Source of the DNA: DHVE2 group archaeon
Lineage (GTDB): Archaea; Thermoplasmatota; Thermoplasmata; Thermoplasmatales; Aciduliprofundaceae
Assembly: GCA_015522935.1 (NCBI GenBank)
Contig: WALH01000047.1
Location: forward strand, 1-40,007
Direction of reading: 5' to 3'
DNA length: 40,007 bases
Shown piece by piece: positions 1 through 8,397 of the stretch. The notes under the pieces were generated by a model. That model ran no database searches, was not told where the DNA came from, and was given only the letters and a program-made list of their open reading frames with translations. The position numbers were made by a program, and so were the translations under genes. Position 1 is the stretch's first letter. The number at the start of each line of letters is the position of its first letter.

Positions 1-552
1 ATATTTGATATTTTTTTCAATCTCCCTTATTGCAGATTCAATATGGTCATCATATTCCACTTTTATTTTAGGTCTTCTGAAATCATTTATCCTTCTCAAC
101 AAATCATTAATTTTTTTGGTTACTGGATTGATTCTAACAACCGGAACTCCGAGAATGTTTTCAAGAAGAGTCCTGTTTATCTTTATGCCTTTCTTCTCCG
201 CATCTTCATTGAAATTCAGAGCAAGAAGCATTGGAACTCCCAACTCCGCAAGCTGAAGGGTCATAATCAAATTTCTTTCTAATGCTGTTGAGTCAACAAT
301 CTGAATTACAAAATCATAATCTCCTTCAAGAACGATTTTATCTGTCACTTTCTCCTCCTCACTTGTGGGAGTTAAACTGTATGAGCCGGGGGTATCTATA
401 AATATGCATTCTGTGCTTTTTATAATAGTTTTACCTTGCATAATATCCACTGTTGTTCCAGGATAATTTGATACAATTACCTTTGCATTCGTTATGGCGT
501 TTAAAAGGCTTGATTTCCCTGCATTAGGCTGACCAAGTAGCAGGACCTTCAT
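1..552 (-). CDS. feoB: Ferrous iron transporter FeoB, N-terminal GTPase domain (gene continues past the left window edge)
   Basis: My own translation of the minus strand from the ATG at 552-550 gives MKVLLLGQPNAGKSSLLNAI..NYPGTT..FIDTPGSYSL..LALNFNED. The G1 (GxPNxGKS), G2 (GTT), G3 (DTPG) and G4-like motifs occur in FeoB order. It is missing from the ORF track because no stop codon falls inside the window. Confidence 0.85.
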   Translation of the reverse strand, partial: MKVLLLGQPNAGKSSLLNAITNAKVIVSNYPGTTVDIMQGKTIIKSTECIFIDTPGSYSLTPTSEEEKVTDKIVLEGDYDFVIQIVDSTALERNLIMTLQLAELGVPMLLALNFNEDAEKKGIKINRTLLENILGVPVVRINPVTKKINDLLRRINDFRRPKIKVEYDDHIESAIREIEKNIKY

Positions 553-1105
553 TTTTCACCCCCAATATGTATTTTTCAAGTTCTCTATCCAATATTATGA
601 GCCTTCCATCAATCTCCAGTATTATTCCATCCTTTCTGATTTTGATTATTGAGAATTTTTTGCCTATGCTTATTCCCACACCCATAATACGGGACAGAAT
701 TCTTGGATTCTCGATCTCAAGAAGTGCTATCATTCCTTCTTCTCCCTCCTCAAATTTATTAATGGGAACTGCATTTTTTCCAAGAGTTTTTGCCTCTTCA
801 ATATATCTTCCACTAAGATGCTCCAATGAATGTGCAGTGCGATGTCCGAAAATATTTTCAACCATTTTATGATAATTGTAAATGATCTCTGCCGCCTTCT
901 CTCCCTTCTCGGTCAAAATTATTTCTCCTTTTTTAAAATTAATCAAATCCTTATTTTCAAGTTCTTTTATCGCCTCTTTAACATCCTCTTTTCCAACCTT
1001 GCTATCCTCTATTACATCCTCTATCGTGGGATTATTTTTCTCCTTTGCTAACCGTAAAATGTCCTCCATTAGAAAACGAAGATAACTTATTTTCATTCGC
1101 ATCAC
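524..1105 (-). CDS. DtxR-like winged-helix metal regulator fused to a C-terminal FeoA (SH3-like) domain
   Basis: 193 aa. The N-terminal wHTH is followed by a DtxR-type helix (YHKMVENIFGH). The C-terminal part, INKFEEGEEGMIALLEI...RIMGVGISIGKKFSIIKI...ILEIDGRLIILDRELEKYI, looks like FeoA. It overlaps the feoB start by 29 nt on the same strand. Confidence 0.65.
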   Translation of the reverse strand: MMRMKISYLRFLMEDILRLAKEKNNPTIEDVIEDSKVGKEDVKEAIKELENKDLINFKKGEIILTEKGEKAAEIIYNYHKMVENIFGHRTAHSLEHLSGRYIEEAKTLGKNAVPINKFEEGEEGMIALLEIENPRILSRIMGVGISIGKKFSIIKIRKDGIILEIDGRLIILDRELEKYILGVKNEGPATWSA

Positions 1106-1166
1106 TCACAGCACTTATAATGATATGGGAGTATGTGAGTATGGTTTTTAAAATTATCTCTCAGGT

Positions 1167-2009
1167 TCATCTGTACAGAAGAATGATATCTCCTACATTC
1201 GCATTGATATCCTCTGCAATAACAGGACATTTGACCATTAGCATGTAAAATATACCTTGAAATTCACTCAAACCTTCGTAATTTCCCTGGCCCTTTGAAA
1301 TTGTTAAATCATGCTCCTTAATCCAACTCTTCACTTCGGGAGAATTCCTTTCATAACCGATTTCTCCATTTGAAATGTATCTTATATCGTTAATGAGTTT
1401 ATCCAAGCCAATGTATTTTACATCCTCCAATGTGGCATCGTTGATTATTGGCCCTGCTTTAACAACCAATGTTATTTTATAATCTTTTATTTCTTTAATT
1501 TTCTCAATTAGAAGTTTATCAAAAACAATCTCACCTGCATTATCCGCAAAATAAAGAATGCTCTTTGCATTTTTCAGAATCTTCTTGAAGAGGGGATAAT
1601 CATCATATGCAAATTTTTTATGAAGTACTTCATTTACCGTTTTCTCTATATTGTATTCTTCTAATGCTCCAAAATCTATTATGTTTCCCGCGATTGCAAT
1701 CCGTATAGCAGTTCTCAACGGATCATCACTTTCATCTACAATTTTTTTCAATTTAGGATAAAGAGAAAGGGCTTCATCATTGCTCTTTTTCTTCACTTCT
1801 TTGTAAGGATCCCCCCTTGCGTATTTTCTTGCTATTTTGTGTGCAATATGTGCAAGTTCCGGTGGTGTTTTACTCCATTCCTCTTTGAGTAAAGCATTCA
1901 TACTTTCTCTCAAAATCTTTTCCTGAATCTCAGGGGGAAGATGAGAATACTGGGAAGCTCTTAATACCTGCCTGAGGATGCATGGTATACAATCCAATCT
2001 GGCTTTCAT
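1167..2009 (-). CDS. DUF89 family protein (damage-control phosphatase-like)
   Basis: 280 aa. The N-terminal CIPCILRQ motif, the central DNAGE.VFD motif and the C-terminal KGQGNYE motif are typical of DUF89/ARMT1-like metal-dependent phosphatases. Confidence 0.7.
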   Translation of the reverse strand: MKARLDCIPCILRQVLRASQYSHLPPEIQEKILRESMNALLKEEWSKTPPELAHIAHKIARKYARGDPYKEVKKKSNDEALSLYPKLKKIVDESDDPLRTAIRIAIAGNIIDFGALEEYNIEKTVNEVLHKKFAYDDYPLFKKILKNAKSILYFADNAGEIVFDKLLIEKIKEIKDYKITLVVKAGPIINDATLEDVKYIGLDKLINDIRYISNGEIGYERNSPEVKSWIKEHDLTISKGQGNYEGLSEFQGIFYMLMVKCPVIAEDINANVGDIILLYR

Positions 2010-2126
2010 ACAGGAGCATGGAGTTTAAATAAAAAGACTTTTTTCAGTTTGGTTTTTCTATTATAACCACGAACTTCCCCATTTTTGTCCAACAAAACTT
2101 AAATTTGTATTTTCCTTCTCCTCCTT

Positions 2127-2873
2127 ATGAAAACCATAAAATTAGGTGGAGAAATTGATAGGCTCCTTCCCGAAGGATTGCCAATAAACACATCCACACT
2201 TGTAAGTGGGCCAGGAGGTTCTGGGAAGCCATTGATCGGGTATCTGTTTGCCTCGGGATGGCTCAGGAATGGCGGGAATATGATTTTCATTCTTACAAGT
2301 ACAAGTCTGGAATACTTGAAAAACACGATGAAAATACTTGGATGTGATTTAAATGAATATTCTAACAGAGTATTTTTCATAGAACTTGAGCCACAGATTG
2401 GGGATATAGAAAAAATAAAAGAGGAGCATATAAAAGCAAATTTTGTCAAGCCAGAAATATGGGATGAAATGTTAAAAATTGCAGATAATTATTTAAAAAA
2501 AGATGGTGGAATTGGAACGATGGTATCTGCAGCTGCATTGAATTTACTGTTTTTCTCGCCCACTTATGGAAAGGAAGTCCACAAAAAAATAAAGAAGATT
2601 TTGAGAGAGGATAAGAGAAAGACATATTTCTTTACTGTAAACAGTGATGCATTTAAAAATCTTGTTGAAGAACTTGAAAACGAAGCGGATAATCTCATGT
2701 TCAGCAGGATGGAGAAACCGATGACTCTCTATCTCAAAATTGCAAGAATGGAGGGAGTTTCATTTATTAAAGAAGAAGTGAAGGTACCTCTTTCTAGGGA
2801 AATATTGGAAGAGATAAAGAGAGAAGCGGAAAGGGGAAAGAAAGATTTAATTCCAGCAATACAGAGGATATGA
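2127..2873 (+). CDS. KaiC/RAD55-like RecA-superfamily ATPase with an atypical Walker A motif
   Basis: 248 aa. LPEGLPINTSTLVSGPGGSGKPLIGYLFASGWLRNGGNMIFI follows the COG0467-type layout. The P-loop reads GPGGSGKP, with Pro where the Mg-coordinating Ser/Thr normally sits. Confidence 0.6.
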   Translation: MKTIKLGGEIDRLLPEGLPINTSTLVSGPGGSGKPLIGYLFASGWLRNGGNMIFILTSTSLEYLKNTMKILGCDLNEYSNRVFFIELEPQIGDIEKIKEEHIKANFVKPEIWDEMLKIADNYLKKDGGIGTMVSAAALNLLFFSPTYGKEVHKKIKKILREDKRKTYFFTVNSDAFKNLVEELENEADNLMFSRMEKPMTLYLKIARMEGVSFIKEEVKVPLSREILEEIKREAERGKKDLIPAIQRI

Positions 2874-2903
2874 GATATGAAAATGAAAGTTAGATAAGGA
2901 GGA

Positions 2904-3347
2904 ATGAAGATGGTAAAAATAGGAATAATAATATGCGATCGTTATCGTAACTGTGCAGGAGGAAAGTGCTTTAGGGCTTTGAGAGAGAGAAAAGGTGCCT
3001 TCAGCATCTATAAAAACGAAGAAGTAGAGGTGGTGGGATACACCACCTGCGGTGGTTGCCCCGGAGGGAACATAGAGTATGCGCCTGCAGAGATGAAAAA
3101 GAATGGTGCTGAGGTGATTCATCTTGCAACAGGCTTTTTAGTTGGATATCCGCCTTGCCCATGGATTGATTACTTTAAGAAGTTTATAGAGGAAAAATAT
3201 GGATTGAAGGTGGTACTTGGAACTCACCCCATCCCGCAAAAGTATTATATTACCCATACCGCTCTTGGAACATGGAACTCGGAGGAATGGAAAGAACGCT
3301 TAAAGTATGTTATGTGTGATGAAGAAACACGCAAGGATTATGATTAA
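2904..3347 (+). CDS. CGGC-domain protein (putative metal- or redox-cluster-binding protein)
   Basis: 147 aa. It has the IGIIICDRYRNCAGGKCF motif and the diagnostic GYTTCGGCPGG motif of the CGGC domain. Confidence 0.7.
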   Translation: MKMVKIGIIICDRYRNCAGGKCFRALRERKGAFSIYKNEEVEVVGYTTCGGCPGGNIEYAPAEMKKNGAEVIHLATGFLVGYPPCPWIDYFKKFIEEKYGLKVVLGTHPIPQKYYITHTALGTWNSEEWKERLKYVMCDEETRKDYD

Positions 3348-3359
3348 AGGTGAATAGAA

Positions 3360-4451
3360 ATGAAAATAGGATTGATTGTGAATCCCATAGCGGGAATGGG
3401 CGGAAGCGTGGGATTGAAAGGAACAGATGGAGAGGCGTATAGAAAAGCAATAGAATTAGGCGCAAAACCAGTCACGCCAGGAAGAATTGAAGAAACATTA
3501 AACCTGATAAACAGGAAAGATGTTTTCTTTTTTGTCGCCCCCGGAAAAATGGGTGAGGATTACATTAAAAAGTTCAAATTCAATTATGAAGTTGTTGGTA
3601 AAATAGGTGAAGAAACCACTTCTGAGGATACAAAGAGGATAGCGAGAGAAATGGTTGAAAAAGGAATTCAACTTTTAATTTTTGTGGGTGGTGATGGAAC
3701 AGCGAGAGATATTGCAGATGCAGTAGATTTGAAAATTCCAGTGATAGCAATTCCTTCTGGTGTGAAGATGTTCAGTTCTGTATTCGCTTTATCGCCTCAT
3801 GCTGCAGCGAGGATGATTGATGAGTTCAATGGTGAATGTGAAGAGAAAGAAGTACTGGATATTGATGAAGATGCATTCAGAGAAAATAAATTATCAGCGA
3901 GATTGTATGGGTATTTAAAAGTTCCAAAAATTAAAGATCTCCTTCAGAAAGGCAAAGAAGCTTCAAATGTAAGCAGAAGTGCAGAGGAAAACAAAAGAGA
4001 AATTGCTAATTATGTAGTTGATAATATGGAAAATGACATCCTTTATATTCTTGGTCCTGGAACGACTGTAAAAGCAATTACCGATAAATTGGGTGTGGAA
4101 AAAACACTATTAGGAATAGATGCAGTTTACAATAAAAAATTAGTTGGTAGGGATTTAAATGAAAAGGGTTTGCTGGAATTAATAGACAAATACAAAAATG
4201 CGAAGATTATTGTTACGCCAATTGGTGGAAATGGATTTATATTTGGAAGAGGAAGCAAGCAGTTTACGCCTGAAATTTTAAAGAGAGTTGGAAAAGAGAA
4301 TATAATTGTTGTTGGAACAAAGGATAAAGTATTCAAATTGGAATGCTTGAGAGTTGATACAGGGGATGTGGAAGTGGACAAAGAGCTGAGCGGATATATG
4401 AAGGTAATAACTGGAAATAAAGAGGAATTGATTATGGAGGTAAGATATTGA
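3360..4451 (+). CDS. ATP-NAD kinase-like family protein (COG3199-type)
   Basis: 363 aa. The N-terminal IGLIVNPIAGMGG and the GGDGT motif (FVGGDGTARD) are characteristic of the NAD kinase / diacylglycerol kinase fold. Confidence 0.7.
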   Translation: MKIGLIVNPIAGMGGSVGLKGTDGEAYRKAIELGAKPVTPGRIEETLNLINRKDVFFFVAPGKMGEDYIKKFKFNYEVVGKIGEETTSEDTKRIAREMVEKGIQLLIFVGGDGTARDIADAVDLKIPVIAIPSGVKMFSSVFALSPHAAARMIDEFNGECEEKEVLDIDEDAFRENKLSARLYGYLKVPKIKDLLQKGKEASNVSRSAEENKREIANYVVDNMENDILYILGPGTTVKAITDKLGVEKTLLGIDAVYNKKLVGRDLNEKGLLELIDKYKNAKIIVTPIGGNGFIFGRGSKQFTPEILKRVGKENIIVVGTKDKVFKLECLRVDTGDVEVDKELSGYMKVITGNKEELIMEVRY

Positions 4452-5416
4452 TAAGATTGAACTTGAATGAAAATCCATATTCGCCTTCAGAGAATGTTAT
4501 AAATGCAGCAAAAAAAGGGTTGGAAAAAGCGAATAGATACTGTGATTTTGAATTAATGGATGAGTTTAAGAAAAATCTTGAAAGTTACACAGGAATTCCC
4601 AAAGACAGAATAATTATCGCCCCGGGCTCAGATTTTTTGCTCAGAGAATTGATTCACACATTTGCCACAGATAGAAAAATAATAATGGTAAATCCATCAT
4701 TTTTCCCCGCTTTAGAATGCGCAAAGGCACATGCAAAAAAATTGATAAGAATTCAGTTGGTGCCACCAGATTTTAATTTGAATTATGATCTGATTATTAA
4801 TGAGAGTAAAGAAAAATCGCTGATAATAATTGACAACCCCAATAATCCAACAGGCAAGAGAATTTTGAAAAGGGAAAAAGTAAAAGAAATTCTTGAAAAT
4901 GATGCATTATTGCTTGTAGATGAAGCATATTATGAATTCTCGGGGTACACTTTTGCAGATTTGATTGAAGAATATCCAAATTTGGGCATAACAAGAAGCA
5001 TGGATAAAAGTTTCTCACTTGCAGGATTCCGTCTGGGCTACCTTCTTGGAGGAGATTATTTTAAAGAGGCACTATCTGATTTTATAACATTTCTGCCAAG
5101 GGCATCTGTGTATGCGGGAATTGAAGCACTAAAAAATAATGAGTATATGAAAGAGAACATCAAAAAGATAATAGATGAACGGGAAAGAATGAAAAAAGAA
5201 TTGAAAAATCTTGGATTTGAAGTATTTGAAAGTGAGGCAAATTTCATTCTTATAAAGGGCAAGATACCTGATTTAGGGGAAAAATTGAGGGATAGGGGGA
5301 TATTAATAAGAGATTTATCACGCGAATGGTTCTCAGGATTTTACAGAATAACTGTAGGAAAAAGAAACGAGAATGATTTACTTTTAAATTCCCTGAGAGA
5401 GATTACGGAGAATTGA
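4448..5416 (+). CDS. Class I/II PLP-dependent aminotransferase (HisC / CobD-like)
   Basis: 322 aa. Motifs are LNENPYSPS, IIDNPNNPTG and the PLP-lysine context SMDKSFSLAGFRLGY. The TTG start at 4448 overlaps the upstream TGA stop (TTGA). Confidence 0.8.
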   Translation: MIRLNLNENPYSPSENVINAAKKGLEKANRYCDFELMDEFKKNLESYTGIPKDRIIIAPGSDFLLRELIHTFATDRKIIMVNPSFFPALECAKAHAKKLIRIQLVPPDFNLNYDLIINESKEKSLIIIDNPNNPTGKRILKREKVKEILENDALLLVDEAYYEFSGYTFADLIEEYPNLGITRSMDKSFSLAGFRLGYLLGGDYFKEALSDFITFLPRASVYAGIEALKNNEYMKENIKKIIDERERMKKELKNLGFEVFESEANFILIKGKIPDLGEKLRDRGILIRDLSREWFSGFYRITVGKRNENDLLLNSLREITEN

Positions 5417-6194
5417 GGAAAATAACATATTTTTTGCAGATTTGAGAAAATCTATGAAAATCTCCAAGTTTGAGATATTTTACTGCATTATCAATATCCA
5501 CAATTTTCATTGATGCAACATGAGTTATTTTAGTACCTTTTAAAAATTCCGGCAAGACCTGAGAGGTTGGACCTGTGAGAATTATAAATTTTGCATTTTT
5601 TCCCTGTTCCAAAATCATATCAATAGTTCCATTTACAAGAGTTGAACCGCTGATCAACACAGCATCCATTTCCGGCAATAATTGATATTCTAAAGAATCA
5701 CTAAGAATATTCTCGCCCCACAATTTTTGATTTCTTTCAAAAACATAGAGAGCATAACCCCTATTTTTCAGCTCTTTTGCAATTGGAGGAATGTTTCCTA
5801 TTAACGCTATTTTTAAATTTTTAAAATCTTTAATGATTTCTATTGCATCCATATATTTCGCATTGCTCAGATCAATATAATACTGCGATACTGCATTCAT
5901 AGCGGCGAGAGCAAAGGTTCTTTCAATTATATTCAAACTATTAGCCTTGCTGATAAATTCCTCAACGCTTATTTTCTCAATTTTATTTTTATAACTTCCT
6001 ACCTCTTCAGGCAAGGTCATTGCAACTCCCATCGCTTTTCCTTTCTTTCCTCTTATCACGACGTATGTGTATGGAAGGGCGAAAGAAAAATCCTCTATTT
6101 TGAATTTCTCATCTATCATTTGAATTATTTTCTCCTTTATTTGAGAGAGCATACCCTGCAATAGAAGACCAATATTTAAATTCTTTATTTTCAA
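5403..6194 (-). CDS. DUF4213/DUF364 Rossmann-like protein (putative chelatase-like, function unknown)
   Basis: 263 aa. The N-terminal YVVIRGKKGKAMGVAMT and the C-terminal IALIGNIPP...MDAVLISGSTLVNGTIDMIL pattern are typical of DUF364. It overlaps the aminotransferase 3' end convergently by 14 nt. Confidence 0.6.
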   Translation of the reverse strand: MKIKNLNIGLLLQGMLSQIKEKIIQMIDEKFKIEDFSFALPYTYVVIRGKKGKAMGVAMTLPEEVGSYKNKIEKISVEEFISKANSLNIIERTFALAAMNAVSQYYIDLSNAKYMDAIEIIKDFKNLKIALIGNIPPIAKELKNRGYALYVFERNQKLWGENILSDSLEYQLLPEMDAVLISGSTLVNGTIDMILEQGKNAKFIILTGPTSQVLPEFLKGTKITHVASMKIVDIDNAVKYLKLGDFHRFSQICKKYVIFLNSP

Positions 6195-6234
6195 AATGTT
6201 CTCTTTTTTCTTTCTGGAGTGGATACAGAAAGAA

Positions 6235-6909
6235 TTACAGAAAATACAACAGTGCCCAAACTCCTATTGGAACGATGAAATTATCCACATCTTTAGGTGA
6301 GATAGCTTCTAATATCACAGCCACCGTTGCTGCTATGCAGCTCTTAAAGATGTAAGGATTGCCGAAGAATGCAAGTCCTAACAGTGCAGAGGCTACCAAA
6401 GTGGCTAAGAAAACTCCGGTGGAGCCTTCCAAACTCTTTTCTCTTCCAAGCAACTGATAGTGATGCTTTCCGTAATATTTTCCCACAACGGGCGCAATAC
6501 CATCTCCAAAACCCACAGAGGCTATAGCCGCCACACCTGCAAAACTTCTGTATCCTAAAAAAGTCAGGATTATCAGCATGAGGGGAAAGAACATCACGCC
6601 TAAGAGAAGTTCCTTTGGATTGCCCGTTCGTGTCATGCTCTTAACCGTGGGGTCATTCTTATCCTTGGTGAGTGCTGTAAAAACAAGGAGAAGAACCCAG
6701 ATAGCAGGAGTTATCATAAATATGTACTTCCCCCATGGAGTTGTATAAAAGAACCAGAAGATTACGAGTCCACCAGCCCACATATGCACGATTTTCCTGG
6801 ATATATCCTGTGGAAGTCCCCTGTCAACGGCAAAATTCATTAAGATTACAATTGTAAAAGTGTAGATAAATTCGGCAACGCCTATCCCTACATCAAGATA
6901 GAGAGCCAT
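6235..6909 (-). CDS. Polytopic membrane protein, polyprenol (dolichol/phytol) kinase / cytidylyltransferase-family-like
   Basis: 224 aa with about six hydrophobic segments. The GFGDGIAPVVGKYYGKHHY motif resembles the GD..A...G..G signature of the CTP-dependent dolichol/phytol kinase and CdsA family. Confidence 0.5.
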   Translation of the reverse strand: MALYLDVGIGVAEFIYTFTIVILMNFAVDRGLPQDISRKIVHMWAGGLVIFWFFYTTPWGKYIFMITPAIWVLLLVFTALTKDKNDPTVKSMTRTGNPKELLLGVMFFPLMLIILTFLGYRSFAGVAAIASVGFGDGIAPVVGKYYGKHHYQLLGREKSLEGSTGVFLATLVASALLGLAFFGNPYIFKSCIAATVAVILEAISPKDVDNFIVPIGVWALLYFL

Positions 6910-6911
6910 GA

Positions 6912-7640
6912 CTATCCCTCAATCACAGTTCCAACATTCTCGCCTTGAAGGGCTTTTGTGAGGGTACCATCCTTACGGAGATTTATGATTCGTATTATCG
7001 TGCCTTTGAGCCGCAGAGCCTCCTCTATCTTGTTTCTCATTCCTCCAGAGAAATCTCCGTTCTCCCAGAACTTCAGATTCATGATATTCTGATGGGATAT
7101 TTGGCTTATCACCCTTCCATCCTGGTCAAGAATACCGTCCACATCTGTGCCGTAAATTATTTCTTCTGCTTTTAATTTTATAGCAAGCTCTGTGGCAATG
7201 GTATCTCCGGAAATAACCGAGAGCCCTAAAGAAGTGTCTATGGCACCGTCTCCATGAAGAACCGGAATGAAACCCTTCTCAAGGAATTCCTTTACAATGC
7301 GTGCATCAAGGAATGTTATATGCCCCTTATCTGCCCTTGCAACATCCGGCAGTGATATTTCCACAGCAGGGTGTCCATGCTCTGTGAGTTTCAAAATAAT
7401 CTCCTTGGTTATCTCACTCACCTTCGCTCGAAGATGCGCCCATTCCCATGCGTTGCCTTGGAATCCTAAATGCAGATTGTATTCTTTCGCAAGTTTATGA
7501 CCAATGTAACCAACGCCGTGAATAATGATGTACCTTCCATTTTTCAGTTCCATGGCAACTCTCTCTGCAACTTCACTCACATAGTTTTTTCCACTTTTTT
7601 TATCTGTGAGCGCCGAGCCTCCGATTTTGATTATCCTCAT
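6912..7640 (-). CDS. Isopentenyl phosphate kinase (amino-acid-kinase fold)
   Basis: 242 aa. Motifs are IIKIGGSALTDK, IIHGVGYIGH (catalytic His context) and VISGDTIA, and the length is typical of archaeal IPK. Its stop lies 2 nt upstream of the next gene's start. Confidence 0.8.
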   Translation of the reverse strand: MRIIKIGGSALTDKKSGKNYVSEVAERVAMELKNGRYIIIHGVGYIGHKLAKEYNLHLGFQGNAWEWAHLRAKVSEITKEIILKLTEHGHPAVEISLPDVARADKGHITFLDARIVKEFLEKGFIPVLHGDGAIDTSLGLSVISGDTIATELAIKLKAEEIIYGTDVDGILDQDGRVISQISHQNIMNLKFWENGDFSGGMRNKIEEALRLKGTIIRIINLRKDGTLTKALQGENVGTVIEG

Positions 7641-7762
7641 TTAAGATACGGAAAGATGCCATTCATTAAAAATTTACCTCTGCTCGGTTGCATTATGTGA
7701 AGAGAGAGTTGAGTTATGCAAAAGGTAGAAAATTATAAGTATTTTTACAGATATCCTAATCT

Positions 7763-8317
7763 ATGGAGGCAAAATGCAGAGTACTCACATTCCTTCCCAA
7801 CCTTGAGTATATAAAACTCAAGAGAGGAGAAGAGGGAGTAAAAAATGTTATGCTTGAATTGTGGAAAAGAGGATATCACTATGATTTCAGAAAGATGAAA
7901 AAGACGGATTGGGTACCTGTAGTGGTAAGAAAGGAGTTTTTAGAGGTTGTTATGGATGTTCTTGGCTGGGATGAGAGAAATATATACGAGATGGGCTTGA
8001 ATGCTCCAAGGATATCTCCAGTTATCAAACTCTTTTTCGGACTTTTTCTCAGCATGGAAAGAGCATTTAAAGCTGCTCCAGATATGTGGAAGGCACATTA
8101 TTCATCTGGAACTCTTCGTGTTGGCGAGTACCGAGATGGGCACGGTACAATAATCCTTGAAAATTTTGATATTAGCCCAATTTTCTGTGAATATCTTAAG
8201 GGATATTTCACAGGCGTGGCGAAGCTTACAAAAGCAAAGAATTTAAGAGTTGAAGAGACAAAATGCACATTTAAAGGGGATGAATATCACGAATACACTT
8301 TTGACTGGAAGCCATGA
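7763..8317 (+). CDS. V4R / DUF2378-like (H-NOX clan) small-molecule-binding domain protein
   Basis: 184 aa. The C-terminal pattern FCEYLKGYFTGVAKL...VEETKCTFKGDEYHEYTF matches the C..G...G...E..C...GD signature of 4-vinyl-reductase-type domains. A T-run follows the stop codon. Confidence 0.45.
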   Translation: MEAKCRVLTFLPNLEYIKLKRGEEGVKNVMLELWKRGYHYDFRKMKKTDWVPVVVRKEFLEVVMDVLGWDERNIYEMGLNAPRISPVIKLFFGLFLSMERAFKAAPDMWKAHYSSGTLRVGEYRDGHGTIILENFDISPIFCEYLKGYFTGVAKLTKAKNLRVEETKCTFKGDEYHEYTFDWKP

Positions 8318-8397
8318 ATTAATTTTTCTCATTATCCTCCATGATACTCATTGAGGCAAAACTTTAATATAGAACATCTTTTTATGACTGTGATAGG

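Noticed and set aside
1-282. Plus-strand ORFs at 5-256 and 43-282 at the left edge.
   Set aside because: They are antisense to the clear FeoB GTPase-domain reading frame, which carries the G1-G4 motifs.
2099-2449. Antisense or alternative-frame ORFs inside confident genes. Examples are 2099-2449, 8484-9041, 9663-10172, 12222-12686, 21306-21782, 22583-23044, 29635-30117, 33251-33799, 33927-34346 and 37528-38022.
   Set aside because: Each is fully nested in a gene with strong family motifs on the other strand or in another frame. Their translations are low-complexity, and they lack their own start signals.
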